Below are positions 1 through 13,379 of a stretch of 64,000 nt of DNA, in pieces. A program made the translations under genes and the position numbers. The notes under the pieces are model-generated. The model saw nothing but the letters and a program-made list of their open reading frames with translations, was not told where the DNA came from and ran no database searches. The DNA lies in assembly GCA_013265495.1 (NCBI GenBank), contig MU059903.1:248001-312000 (forward strand), read 5' to 3'. This DNA comes from Vicugna vicugna (lineage: Eukaryota). Within the stretch, counting starts at the first letter, position 1, and each line of letters starts with the position of its first letter.

Positions 1-2540
1 CTCGGTTTTACAACCTGATGTGTGTTCACCCCTTTTTTTAAAACGACACTTTCCGTCTTTCAGAAGCTTGTTGTCGCTGAGCTGACTGGCTCTTATTACA
101 TAACGCATAACTGAAAGGTTCCAGAAACTCCGGGCCAAACAGCAGGCAGGCAAACGTGCATTTGGTTTCAGATCAGCACTGGTCCTGCCCACACTCGCCT
201 GCTGTCCCGACCATGAGCTCTGCAAGCCTGGCTGCATGGAGAAGGGTACTCCCCGGAAGCGTGGGCCCCAGGAGGCCTGCCCCAGAGGCCCGAGGAGGGA
301 AGCAGACACACTCAGCGCGTCCAGAGCTTGAGCCTGGTCCTGTGGCCGCTGTGCCTGAAACAAGCGGGATTCCTCAGCCTTTGATAAAATGCACGTGTTT
401 AGGGAGAATCATTCGAAATGGGTTTGGTGTGCCTGCCATGTCTGGGTCTTCAATGCCAAACGGTCAGCTACGTGTATTTTAATTATCCATCAGTGTCCCT
501 GTCTTTGTTGCATTTTGAAGTTCCGGACACTGTGGGTTGAGAGGGGACTGGGGGATTTCAGAACCACGGTGCCAGGTACCTAAACAGAACCTGGTAAGTG
601 CTCAGAGCAGATGGTGTGAATGACAGACAGCACAGGGCACCAGGCGTGACCTCCATCTACTGCGGGCGTCGCAAACTTCTCCTCTTAAAGGGACGGACAG
701 GAGACATCTGGGGCCTTGCAGGCCAAACCGTCTCTGCTGCACTCACTCAACCCTGCCCCTGTGGCCCCAGAGCAGCCTCATGTAAACGACGGGCATGGCT
801 ATGTGCCAATCACACTTCATTTACGGACACTGAAACTTCATATAATTTCCATGCGCCATGAAGTACCATTCTTCTGATTTGTTTCCTATCCTTGTAGAAA
901 TGTGAACGTCAGCCTTAGACCGCCAGCCCTACAGGAGTGGGTGTGGGCCAAGTATGGCCCCAGGATGTAGGTGGCCGCGCCCTGCTCTGCCCCGAGAAGG
1001 GCCTGAATCCTGTGGCTTCACTGCTACAACTTACGGATGCCAGGCCCGGTGGCCTGACCGGCGCCCTGTCCTTGGGGAAAGCAGATGTGGGTCTTCTTCT
1101 CCCAAAAGAGTCACTAAACCCAGAGTACTTCCACAGTTGATGAAAACTGGAACTCGGGGCTTCCAGGGTGTCTGGCTTCCTGGTTGAGCGTTCCAGAATC
1201 CTGTTCTCTAGAACTCAGAGAGACCACTGCCGACTTCACGCAGCTCAGGCAGACGATGAAAGCAGAAATGGGGATACACAGGTTGCTGATCTTTTGAAGA
1301 GACCTCATTTATGGGCTAAACACCCAGGCATCTCTCTGGTAATCACAGCACTCTGCTTCGGTATCTGCATGCCAGGAGCCGCGAGGACCGACCCCTGGGT
1401 ATGTGAGGTTTAAGCACACCTGTTCCTGGGGGGCCCCCAGACTTCACCAAAGCTCTCTCATGGGCATGATACGGCTTAGAAATGAGCCAGGCGGCCCTAC
1501 AGGTCTCTGACGACTCTAACACCCTATGATCCTAGAGAAACACTTAAGTGGTGAACGAGAAGTTGTTGTCCGGGTGCGTCGGCCGGGCAGAGGTGAGACC
1601 ATTGGCGTGAGGCTCACAGAGACACTAACTAGGACGAGAAGGTGTCTGTTTGGCGTGGCCGGCAGACAGGTGCGGCCGAGCTGCTGACGCAGCAGAAAAG
1701 GAAAGACAAAGCAAACGCGGTCGTGCTCTCGGAGGACCCTCCGCCGGGCACAGAACAAGACGAGCCACCGCGCTCTCAGCAGCATCAACAGCTGCGTCCT
1801 TGAGCTGTTTTCCTGTGGACAGCGGGCAGCGTTTTCTCTGTTTGTCTTTGAACCGCTGCCACAGATCGATGCTTTGAAACCGCAGCTTCAAGCCTGTTCT
1901 GATGCGCCACCTCCGTGTTCTATTTGAAGGTGTGTCACCGTCAACAAAAATGAGTGATAATACAACGGTCTGCTTGCAGCAGAGCTCTTCCAACAACCAG
2001 GAAACACACGTACAGATTATTAAACTGACTCTGCAAGGTGCCCCTCACCAGCCGAAGGACCGTCTTGCGTTTGGTATTTTTTGTAGGAAACACAAAAAGA
2101 CACTGGACAGTTCTCTTGACTCCCCTCACAAAGAGGCTGGAGCCGACGAGAGGACTGAGATGGAGAATGCCATGCTCTGTGAACTCAGACGGCCTCTCAC
2201 ACAGGGCCGAGCGCCTCTCGGAACCCGCCTGGGCCTGTTCTGGGGTGGGGACAGCGCTGAAGGAGGAGGTGGGGGCACAGGCACTCAGGAAAGAAAACGA
2301 CCAAGTTGAGGACACTGACTCCTTTAACTCGTATTTCTTAAGTGTATGAAAATTTTTTCAGTAGAAAAGGTTATGAAATTAAACTGCCGTGAGAACCACC
2401 ATCGCCGTGACCCGCTGTGGCCAGGCGGCGGCGCTGGGTCCTGCTGTCCCTTCTCCGGAAATTCCTACTTCCTCTGTCTGCCCCTCTGGGCCTTACTGGC
2501 CTTCCCTGCCCCCTGTGACGCCACCCCCTTTTATGGAAAC

Positions 2541-2764
2541 TGGGCCTCAGCAAACTAGGCCCTTAAGCCAAGTCTGGCCCACTGCCGGTTCAGTAAATAA
2601 AGTTTTACTGGTAGGTACATCGCCATGGCGGGTCGTTTACAGATGGTCTGCGGCCGCTTTTGAGCTGCAAGAGTAGAACTGAGTGGTGGTGACAGAGGTT
2701 GTAGGACTCATAAAGCCTAAAACATTTAGTATCCAGCCCCTTCTAGAAAAGCTCCGACACCCTG
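2541..2764 (+). mobile_element. MER58A-like hAT-Charlie non-autonomous DNA transposon, near full length
   Basis: Matches the recalled consensus (gcaaact..ggccc..gtaaataaagtttta..gcctaaaacatttagtatc..ccctg). Degenerate 8-bp TSD: atggaaac (2533-2540) / atggggac (2765-2772). Confidence 0.85.
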
Positions 2765-3868
2765 ATGGGGACAGAACCAGAGCAGCTGGACAGCGAGCGG
2801 GCCGGGCAGGCCTACCTGACTGCCACTTCTGCCTCTGCCACCCGGGAGCGGGGCTCCCTCACCTGTGGCACTTGGACCAGGATGCCGCTGCACAGCTTTC
2901 CTGGGAAGGTCCCAAGACGTGCACGCCGACTACTCAGGGGAGCGCCTGACACACTACACGTCCAGCAAAGGGAGGCTATGAGGACCACACGCTTCCAGTC
3001 ACACCCGCTTTGTTCTGGCTGGCATTCCCTGTCGCTCCCCAGAGCATGCCTCTGCCCCTCACACCCCGGCCTCCCAGGGCCTGTCTTCCTCCTCCTTCCT
3101 GTCACCTCCCGACTCCTCTGCCAACCCCCCCTTCCTGAGCTGTTGCCCACCCATCTTGAGGACGGCTCTGGGCGTGGCAGTTCTCGCCCTCTTGTTGGAA
3201 GGCCTGCTCTCCTTCCTATCGCCCTTCCCCTGAAGCCTGCCCCGCATCCAAACAGCAGGGCCCCACTCTTCCACATGCAGCTGAGGGAAGCGGCCGGGCC
3301 CTCGGGGCCAGCCTCCGAAGGAGCCAGCAGCTCTGCAGCAACCGGCCCCTGGCCACCATGCCCGGGGCGCCTCCAGGTCTCTCACGTGCATGAGGCTCAG
3401 GGGTCACCAGCTGCCAATCCAATGTCACATACTTGGAAGCCAAGGCTGTCCCAACTCGGGCAGCTCAGCGAAGACAAAGTGAAGGCCGGCCACAAACATC
3501 CAGCAAAGCGGATCTTCTGGGAGCTCTGACGACCCCCGGGGAGCCGTGTGTGCCCCGAGGCCTGCAGACCTCTCAGAGGAAAACGTGGCTCATGACCTCG
3601 GGCAGACAGACCACAGGACACTCGAGGAGAGGGGCTGGAATGGACTGAGCATTCCCCGCGGCCGCGTCCTCCCTGCCCGCAGGAGAATGGTGATGCAATG
3701 GGCAAGCTGAGGACGGAGCTGGTGAGCAGCCCGTTTTCCGGTCAACACCCAGGTTTGCCGGCGAAGACGCACCCACTTGTTCCGAAAAACAAACAAACAG
3801 AAGGCAGAGGATTCTCAGCCACTACTTTCACGGTCCACGAGGGAGTATCACACCCTTTGGGGGCAAGA

Positions 3869-4344
3869 TGATTGTCTCTGATTTAAATCCCTCACCCAAC
3901 TGGAGAGAAAGGGAATGAATTCATCATCTAGTCTCTGAAGTTGTGTAACTGCCTAATATTTGACTCCCTGATTACAGTTTTTATCTTTTAAAGACCTGGA
4001 TAAACACCCACAGGTGTAACGCCACCGTCACGAAGGCCTTCTTATCTCCGTCCTTAGGAAATTCTATAAAAGGACCCCATTGACTCTAGTCGAGGTGTTA
4101 TGTAGCTGATAAATGTGCATTGATCTTTTTACCCAGAGGTGGTCACGCTCCAGGAGTGGATTAGTGGCCCCTGTGAATCTCGGCGGGTTACCTTCACTTA
4201 CTAGGTTTGTAACTCACAGGGATTCTGGAGATAAAAGGTGCCTTGGAGGGTAGGTGTTTAAGACTGCAAAACCCAAGGTGGGAAACGTGTTAACAGAACG
4301 TTTAATAAACTACTAAATGCTTTTTTGCTTTCTCCCCATAATCA
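3869..4344 (+). mobile_element. Possible solo ERV-type LTR
   Basis: TGATT...AATCA inverted termini, TATA-like ctataaaagg near 4065 and AATAAA near 4304, 476 bp. No clear TSD; family not recognised. Confidence 0.35.
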
Positions 4345-4424
4345 TGGGAACAGAAGGGAGGAGGTCTCAGACACCCACACTGCATCAAGGTTTGAGACAC
4401 ATGATTTATGTATATTTATGTATG

Positions 4425-4565
4425 TTGCTTTATTTAATCTTTGAAACCCAAGGTGTAGGTGGCATTACCCCATTTTACAGACATGGAGCATTAGGCTTTG
4501 AAAGATGCGATCTCAGGGTGCACTGTCCTGGGTCACACAGCCAGAAGCCGGCAGAGCCAGGCTGT
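4425..4565 (-). mobile_element. MIR SINE fragment
   Basis: ccccattttacaga...ggtcacacagccag..ggcagagcc matches the reverse-complemented MIR core. Confidence 0.75.
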
Positions 4566-5784
4566 CTCCTGCGTGACGTCTTTGATACCGTTCCTCACAG
4601 GGAACATGTGGCTTCTGAAGATATTAACAGCTTCGGGGAAAAGTACAGGGCATTTTTGCAAATATCATTCTCCTCCCATCACATGTGGAATAATGCTGCC
4701 TCAAGCTTAAACGGCATCATCAGACAAACTCTGAGAGACGTGTATGTTGAAAGCGACAGCCCTCCTTGAAAACGCTGATTTTTTTTTATTTTAAAAATTA
4801 TTTGTAGTTTGCAAGAGGCGTCCAGTTTTTTTGAACTTGTTAATAGATCCTACTTGGACTCCAGCCACTTCCTACACTACAGAAGATCAGCCACAAAGAA
4901 GCTGCAGTTAATGAGAAAGGGCCTGGGAGTCCCGCCCCGTCATCAGAGATGAAGGTTTCCAGAAAATTATCACTAGTGAACACTTCAGACGCAGGCCAGG
5001 GAGGGGGAGACTCAACTTCGTAGAAGTTCCCGAGGGAAAACACTGGCTGGGTCTAGGGGGGCCACAAACTCATCAAGAGACATTTACGTGGCAGGGCTGG
5101 GGGAGCCGTGCCTTCCTGGGTGTCTGGGGAAAGGCAGTAACCCCAGTAGCGCCTCCCAGGCCTGTAAGGATGGCATCCCACAGCACATTCCTGAAAGCAC
5201 CTGGCAGGAGTTAGGCCCTAGCTGCTGGCCAGCTTGTTGTAGAAAGCACCTAGAAGTCTCCGCACAACTCCCAGGACTGGCCTGGCACTTCAGTCCCAGG
5301 CCTGAGCCCCGGTCCTGCGCATCCTCCTGGGTGGACGGCTGTAAGGTCAGGTCCCACCAGAGCCACAGGACCGGTCACCCCAAAACCCTCCCTCTTGTCT
5401 GGAGGCTCAGGAAATCACCATCTCCCAGCTGTCCCAAAGAAGTTTGAGTATTATGTTAGGCAGAAACTACCGTCACTAATTGGTTAATGGTGACACTGTG
5501 CTGAAGGGTTTTGCTGCGATGGTTAATCCTGAATTGTTTTGTCCTGAGTGGGGAGGCTGGCCCTCTGCTTTATTCCTCTCCAGAGCAAGTGAGAAAGGAG
5601 ATGCTTCACTTTGATTAGCTAATTTGAATAGTGGCCTTGGACCTACCATAGCGTGAGTTAGTTTTCAGTAGACCTTAAAATCAGAAACTCCAAGTACAAA
5701 GCCATAAATCTAATTATTTTCCCCCTTCAGCCCGCGAATTTTAATAAGAGACGTGCTAACGTGCACACAATACGAAACATCAGT

Positions 5785-5837
5785 GGAAGTGACGTCTAAC
5801 AGGGATGGAGAACATATCAAATAAAAGCGCGCCATTT
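5785..5837 (+). promoter_or_regulatory. Overlapping ETS-CRE composite motif (GGAAGTGACGTC) plus YY1-like CGCCATTT
   Basis: Motifs read directly at 5785-5796 and 5830-5837, inside an AT-rich repeat-free island. Function untested. Confidence 0.3.
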
Positions 5838-6949
5838 AATAGGCTAATATCACACACTAAGCTCAGAAAACAGAAACCTGGTGTGCAGTCTGGGCGGAAC
5901 ACATCCATTTGTCTCATTCTCTTGCTTTAAAAATTAAGCATTATTTAAACGTCTATGCTGCAACTGTTCATCCTCAAAGAAATAAAAAGATCGGGAGCGC
6001 TTCACGCGTTCTGAAGGTAAAATAAGCAGCCGTCCAAAAACGCATCCCTGACAGAGTGTGAACCTGCTGTTTGTACGGCGCCTGCTCCCAGGGACACAGA
6101 TGTGCTCCGGGATGCGAGCGACCGTGCAGTGCAGCAGCCCGCTCACTTCAGCCACAAACCCTGAGATGACAGCACTTCTTTACTGACAATAGTGCGCATC
6201 TAAATGACCAGGGGCCGCGGGGGGTGACGCTTGGACCAGCAGCCCCAGCCTGGGTGGTGAGTGACCAGGCAGGACGTGGACCACTCTCCTGTCCCCGCAG
6301 ACAACAGCCAATCCAGCAGCGGCCTTGCTGCCATCCTGTGTGCATCACATGCTCTGAGCAGAAACCACCCCCCGTTTCATCACTCTGGGCAATCACACAC
6401 ACGTTCTGTGCGGTATGTGTTTTTCATTAAAAAAAATACATTTGGAACATCTGCAAGATACATTCCATAAAGACAAATTATTGTTTCAAGGGCCTTCTGA
6501 CATAATTTGCATTGCCTTCCCAGCTTAATGAAAAAAAATGTATTTTTGAAGTAATGCATTTGAAAGCCCTTTATAAACATTACCTGGTAATGGTTCTAAG
6601 TCCCAGAGGGAAACAAATTTGCCAAAGGCCGCACTGCATTAGCCAGCACGGCAGACTGGGAGAGTGTATCTGTGCACAGACGTGTGTGCAACAGCCACGG
6701 AAAGGGACGCTACACTCTCAGAGCATCGGCTTTCTAACCAGTGCAGCCCCCGCAGACACTGGCGGTGGACCCGGGTTACCCGCCAGAGAACATGAAATCT
6801 CTGCAAAACTCTACTTCGCACAAGTGAGGACCCCCCTGGGAATGGGTTTTCCATCAGTTATCCGGGCAGATGCTTGCTTCTTTTGTAACAAACTCAAGAA
6901 AATAAACTGACTCGAAACACATACTGAATATAACAGAAAGGAAGAGTGG

Positions 6950-8345
6950 GGAACTGAGGTTAAGACTAGAAGTGTTTCTACACTGCAGAAGTCCTAAATT
7001 TTAAAAAGAGAAAGAGAAACAAGAAATGTCGAAGTTCAACAAAATCATGCCAGAAATGTCTTAGGAATATAATGTATAAAACTAAAGATGACCTTTTGCA
7101 TCCCGTGCGGGAGCCAACAAACGGACCATTTTGTAAGCGAGACATCTCAGGATCATGATGGCACGGACCTGAATTACCTCCACTTCTCACTCCTCCCCCA
7201 CAAGCCCTGGGCTTCTTACCCAAGAAGCTCTCGTAGCACCTGCCCCTGCTTTTCAAAAATGAAAAATATGTAGTCTTACAACCTACAAAAAATTGAACTC
7301 ATAATTTAAAATCTCCAGAAGAAGAAAGCTCCATGCCCGGATGGTTTCACGGGAGAGTTTACAAACATTTAAAGAATAAACACTGATTTTACAAAATCTC
7401 CTCCAGAAAATAGCAGAGAAAATACTTTCCAACTCATTTTATGAAGCCGATATTATGCTGATACTCAAACCAGTCAAAGACAAAAAAAAAAAAAACCCAC
7501 AGACCAATATTTTCCATGAACTTAAGTGTAAAATACTGAAAAAATACTAGCAAACTGAATTTAGCAGTGCACAGAAAGAATAATACACAATGACCAAATG
7601 GGACTTACCCAAGTATGCGAAGATGACGCACTATTCAAAGATAAATCAATGTGCTCCACCATGTCAACAGACTAACAAAGAAAAACCATACGCTTACACT
7701 AACCGGTGCAGAAAAAGCACTTGACAAAGATCCAGTAGCTATTAACAATAATGATTCTGTGCAAACCAGGAATAAAGGGGAACTTTCTAAACCTAGCAAA
7801 GAGCAGCCACAGAAACCCGGCAGCTCACGTCACACAACGGTGAGAAAGTGGACACCCTCTCCCCAAGTCTGGGGAGAGGCAGGTATGTCTGCTCTCGCTA
7901 GAAGTGCCAGCCAGTGCAATAAAGCAAGAAAGAGAAACAAAAGGAATACATATTAGAAAGAAAGAGAGAGAAGATGACCTATAACCACACATAATATGGC
8001 TGTCCATGTGGAAATCCTAAAGAATCTGCAGAAACTTCCAGAGTCAATAAGTGAGTTTAGCAAGATCACAGGAATAAGATAAACCTATAAAAATCAACTG
8101 TATTTCTATAACCTAACAATATACAAGGGGAAACCAAAATCAGTAATGTAATACCATTTTCAATTGCTCCAAAGAAACAAACAGGCACTTGTGTGCAGAA
8201 AATCACAAAATGATGATGAAGGAAACAAAAGAAGCCCTGCATAACTGGGGAGACACACTGTGTTCGTGGATTAGGAAACGCAACTTAGTCCCGATGTCAG
8301 TTCTCCCCGAATCTGTAAGTTCAACGTAGGGGGGATCCCTAGGGA
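6950..8345 (+). mobile_element. Degenerate L1M ORF2 fragment
   Basis: A-rich, with typical L1 ORF2 segments (gatggtttcacgggagag, tccaactcattttatgaagcc, aagcacttgacaaagatcca, ttagcaagatcacaggaataag). Many stops and frameshifts. Confidence 0.85.
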
Positions 8346-10399
8346 GGTGCTGCTCCAGGTGTCCGTGGCTTTTTCCTCGCTGTCCAGGCGGTCACCAGAT
8401 TTGTCTTCTTTAGCTCTTTTCACAGCAGCCACTTTACCCGCTCCTGCCAACACCAGTCCTAACAGGTGGACCTGACATCCCAAGAAGCCACCGAGCCTGG
8501 AGTCCACCTGGGGGCTAGTGCCGCAAGGGTGCTGCTGACCGTGCCCAACACAGCCACAGAGGCGGCTGCCACCCAGCCCGCCGGCACCTCCTGCCGCGTC
8601 GCCACTGGGACATGCACAGGTCCAGCCCATGCTCTGCCCACAGCCCAGGCCCCCTCTCCCCAGAAAACACTCCACAGGGAGAGAAGCCTCCAAACCCCAA
8701 CAGCACGCCTTCCAGAGGACAGACGACGCTTCCTGTGTCCTCGGCTCACCGTATTTATCTGCCTCCTCAGTGCCAAGTGCGTGGAAGTACGACCAAGGCC
8801 ATCTGGCAGTCACCGCACTTGCTCAGAAGCTCCCCGCTTCTGCTGGCGGCCTTGGCCTTGACCCACTGCGGCCCTTGACTGTGCCTCCCTCGGGGTGAGC
8901 CCTTGGTCAGGATGGTGGTGAGTGTCCAGAGCTGACGGACTCCAGCTGGACTGACAGCCAGTCCCCTTCGCGCCTGGTAGGTCTCATCCCAAGACTGAAC
9001 ACAGGTGGCCCGCCCAGGGGACCCCAGGGCGAGAAGCCCCATCAACACCATTCACAAGACAGGCTCAAGGGACAGAGCTGGCAGAAAGTAACCTCATTAA
9101 AGGGGGCACAAGAGAGCATCCCTTCCATGGAAAGGTCGTTTTACATCCCCTATGACTCAGAATCCAACACGGCGGGGGGGAGGGCCTCTAGCTCACTACC
9201 TTCCATTGTCTTCAGCTCATAAGCATTTCTCCAAGGACCCCTTGGGGCCACGTCTGTGTTGGGTGTGAGAGATGTGATTATCTTCGAGCGCCAGTGAGCA
9301 GGATGAGGAAGGCAGGACGGGAGAATGCGACACAGACGTTGCCACAGCAGCGAGGGAAGGGTCCCTGCCAGGCACATCGCAGGAGCATCCTCCATCAGCT
9401 TCAAAGGCACCATAAGCGGCCGGGCTCCGAGGGCACGGGCGGAGATGAGAGCCAGGCCGGGGAGGGGAGGGCAGCACATCAAGGATGCAGGCTGACCTGC
9501 GCCCGCCCCTCCCTGCGCACACTCCCTATCCCATGCAGGACAGCCAAGCATCTGCACCAAAGGGTCAGGCATCTGGCGCTTTGATGGCCGTGCCCATGGG
9601 GCCATGGAGCCAAAACACAAACCGGTGACAGAAAGAAACCACTGCCCCAGGCCAGGGGAGCGGGCGCAAAGGAGACTCTCCTGCCCCAGCACCCCAGCCC
9701 CTCCTCGGGGGATGTGACTTCAGCAGGAAGTTCCCTTGTGCAGTGGAGGAGGGAAGTGGGTCCAAACCCTAGCAGCACCACAGAGGACCATGCAAAGGGC
9801 AGAAAGGAGGGAGATGATTTTCTTCCTAAGTGGGGCCCCCTCATGTGATGGCTCCCGCAGTAGAGGAAGAGGCTCCCTTACCTGGACGCCACGCTGGGAG
9901 CCGCTCACACGGCCCTCGTCCTCAGTCGTCGCTGCCTACTGTTGTGTATCTTTCTCATGGTTCAGTATTTACCAAAGAGCTGTGAAATTAAGAGAGATCC
10001 CATAGCTGCAGAAGACAACATAATTATAAGGGGTCAACTAGATAAGACATACAATCTTCAGAAACCTGTAGGTTTGCCTAATAAAATATTTACATCAGTC
10101 GCTGCTGGACACCCAGAGGGAAGAATGCGGCAATGCTGCCACCTCCACGGTTCTGGGGCTGCAAAAATGTCACGTGGCGCCATGTGCGGGGGAGGGGTGC
10201 CCGTTTAACCAGTACCATGCTTTTTCCTCATAATATGTTGATGCTAAGAGTCACCAAGGAGGCATTCATGTCTCTGAGGCAGGCTTGAGCTTCATTTTTT
10301 ATAAATCTGAGGGAAGCCACCTTTTGCTTTAGTTGTACTTCATTAAAGAAGAACAGTAAAAATCTGACAAAACCTGACACTCGGCCCCACGCCCCATTC

Positions 10400-10660
10400 A
10401 GGGAAAGCACATGAGTATTTTACTTTATTTTACTTCATTTATTGTTAAAATTATTTTACTTTGTTCCAATACATTTTAATACTTTAACATACATAAGCGT
10501 TTTGTTTTGAATCATTATAATCAAGCATTTTATAATAATAAAACAATATACCAACGCCAAGTCCTAGTTTCACGGCCTTGCTGTAAGGACGCTGTGCGCT
10601 GTCCTTGGTTGCTTTCTCACAAGCCTCCTCTGCGCTCTGGGACCCTGTCGCGCAGGTCGC
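10400..10660 (-). mobile_element. Probable old L1M 3' fragment
   Basis: T-rich stretch resembling an antisense L1ME-type 3' end; weak match by eye. Confidence 0.35.
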
Positions 10661-13379
10661 TCCTGCCCACGCGGAGCCGGCCCTGGAGACGGCAACTAGC
10701 TTGCACGTACTTTTCGTTCTGGAGTGGAGGGAATGGGGCCTCCGCAAATGGAGGGATGGTCCTCATGTTCGGGGTGCCGGCTCCTCTGCCACAGCTGTGG
10801 GGCCTGGCACCGCCTCTTGCTTTAGCTTCCCCTGTTGAAGGTGCACAGTGGCTGCTTATAAAATGCCGTCAGCATCAGTTCCCCATCCACACCAGCGACC
10901 ACAGACGGCCGCCACTGTCAGGGCCACCGCCGTCACTGCTCGTCTGCAACACTAACATCAGGTGCGGGACAGAACCTGAGCATCTCGTCTCTAAGACCCG
11001 AAGGTAAACTGGCAGCAAAGCGAAGCAGCTCTCCAGCGTGCTCCAAACTAAGGCAGGGCTGGCAACAAGCAGTTCCCAACGGACGCGCGGGAAGTTTTCT
11101 CCAGCTGACTTCCTTTACAGCACGTGTCGTCTCACAGAGACCACTCTGGCACTTGAGGGGCTGGTTCAAAGACATCATTACATTTGATTTATGAAATTAT
11201 GGAAACACGTCCACATGCTGAAATCATAAGGAGCTCACGAAAAACACAGCCTCAAGAACTGGCAGTCGTGATGTTCCTCTGCCGGCAGGAAATGCCGGAA
11301 CGGCCGTGTGGTTTCCAGTTGCTGTCACGTCACAGGCTGGTCACCAGTCACTCTGAGCTCGGAGACCAGCACAGCAGGTGTGTTGCTTTACCATCTCTTG
11401 AGTCAGCGTCCCTCACTGTCACGCTGAACACGCCCCCACTGTGCAGATTTGGAAAACCAGGGGCAGACATGGCAAGCACGGACCTGGCCCGGAACAGCCC
11501 GTCCGAATTAGAAGACAAATCGCCATTTGGTTTAAATGTTTTGCTTTTAGCTGAAAAGAAGCAGTCGATTCAAATGAGGGCGTAGACTATGTCTCTGAGT
11601 GACAGCGTCTGGGCCCACACTGGGCATGTGACAACTTAAGAAATGACCGTAGTAAAAACGAGTAAAAGTGAAGGGTCACGGTCTGTGTCCACGTCCGTGT
11701 CCCTCCTGCACTGCAGGACTGGCCAGGCAGCTTGTGTCGGGGACAAGCTCCTGAGTCTCAGGCAAGGCCCATGACGTCCTCCAACCTCTCAACCCCAGGC
11801 AGGGAAGGGCTGGCCTGGGGGAACCCGGGTCTGGCCGAGGACCTAGAGGGTTGTCTAGTGACACAATTTTATAGAGTAAAATCGCAAACAGACGTTCACT
11901 TTCCCCCTTAGGTCACCTGCCATCTCCAAGCTGTACCCGAACACTCAGAACGGGACACCTGTGGTTTCTCACACGGTCACGATCCCAGGCACCCTGCCAG
12001 CTGTCAACTGCAGTGCCGTGACAACCCCTGGTGACACCACTGGGCAGCTGACCACGTGGTGGATGTGACTCAGGAGGACTCAGCTGCTCTCCTAGGCGGG
12101 GAGCAGGACACAGACCACGGGAGAAGCAGTAAGATGAAGCACACTGGCAACCTCTAGCCGTTTTTTGAAACCCTTTTTAATCTCCAGAATGTCCTCAAGA
12201 AGCTGCCCTGAAAGCCAGGAGCCAGGCACGCCTACCAGTGGCTTTTCACACTGTGCACGACCTTTAAAGCAGAGGGGCCAGGTAGCAGGAGTGGGACGCG
12301 GGTCCCGGCAGCTCTCCCCTCCCCCTGCGAACACTGCTGCTCGTTCTCCTGGAGGCGCCGTCATTACAGAGAAGGGCCGTGGGTGCTGTCTATAACGAGC
12401 GTTGCTCACCGACGGTCACTGCGAGTGAACCAGCACACCACGAGCCCGCACTTCCAGCTGGTCCGCTCGTGAGAACAGGTGCTCACCCCTGGCTGAGGCG
12501 GAGGCCGTCCACCCAGCGCGAGGCCCATCCTGGGGACCTGCCACGCCACACACCGGTCACCTCCGCACGCCCTGTCTGAACTCTGGCGAAGATGTCCCAG
12601 GGAGAGGGACAGGGTGACCCGGGGGTGATCCCCGGTGCCCAGGGCAGGAGGGAGAAAAATACTGGCAAACACCTTTAACAGGAGAGGCCGCGTGACAACT
12701 CTCTCACAGCGCAGGGGGCTTTAGCTCTCCTGGCCACGCGCACAGGGAACTCCAGTTTTGTTCATGTTGCTGCAGTTACATACGCGATAAGATAAAGCCA
12801 ATTTTAAGCTGAAAATTTGGTAACTTGGTCTCTAAAGTCATCCCGAATCATCTGAGAGTGAGCGGCTTGACAATTATAAAAATTACTTCTGTAATGCTGG
12901 CTGCACTTGGAGATACGATCAGAGAATCAGAGCGCTAAAATAAACTGTGTTCAACTGAACACTGACGGTTCTGCCATTTCATCCCGGCCTCCATAACTGC
13001 CGCCGTGCTCGGGGAAACTGTCAGAACTGCCCCTCTTCGTGCAAAGATCGCACATTCAGAGAGGATGCCATTCTAGCCCCACGAAGAGCTGAGGAAGGCC
13101 GCCCTGCCCGAGGGGACCCCCGTGTGCCGGTCCAGTGGTGGGATGTGCCTGCCACTCCCGGGTCAGGTCTCCTGGGCAGCGAAGCCTCGGGCCCAGGGGA
13201 CAAGGCGCGTTCAGACCCGACCCCCTTCAAAGCCAGAGGAAGTATCTGCAGGCCCCACACCCTCCCTTGTGAAGTCCTTCCCCCAAGCCAGCTCAGACGC
13301 ACATGCCCAAACATCCCACATTTAACCTAAGTTTTGCTTTGAAGTTTTGGAAGTATTTTTTAATTGCTCCTCTAAGAGA

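Noticed and set aside
2596-2601. AATAAA as a poly(A) signal for an exon starting at 898
   Set aside because: It is part of the MER58A consensus, so it is not independent evidence.
2765-3529. Longest ORF (254 aa)
   Set aside because: Pro/Arg/Gly/Ser-rich with overlapping ORFs on both strands, no recognisable domain and no splice context; expected by chance in GC-rich DNA.
4851-5023. Frame ILLGLQPLPTLQKISHKEAAVNEKGPGSPAPSSEMKVSRKLSLVNTSDAGQGGGDSTS* after a possible acceptor
   Set aside because: Only a moderate acceptor, no upstream partner exon and no homologue recognised.
10595-10615. Second RE1-like sequence gcgctgtccttggttgct
   Set aside because: An extra base breaks the TCAGCACC half-site.
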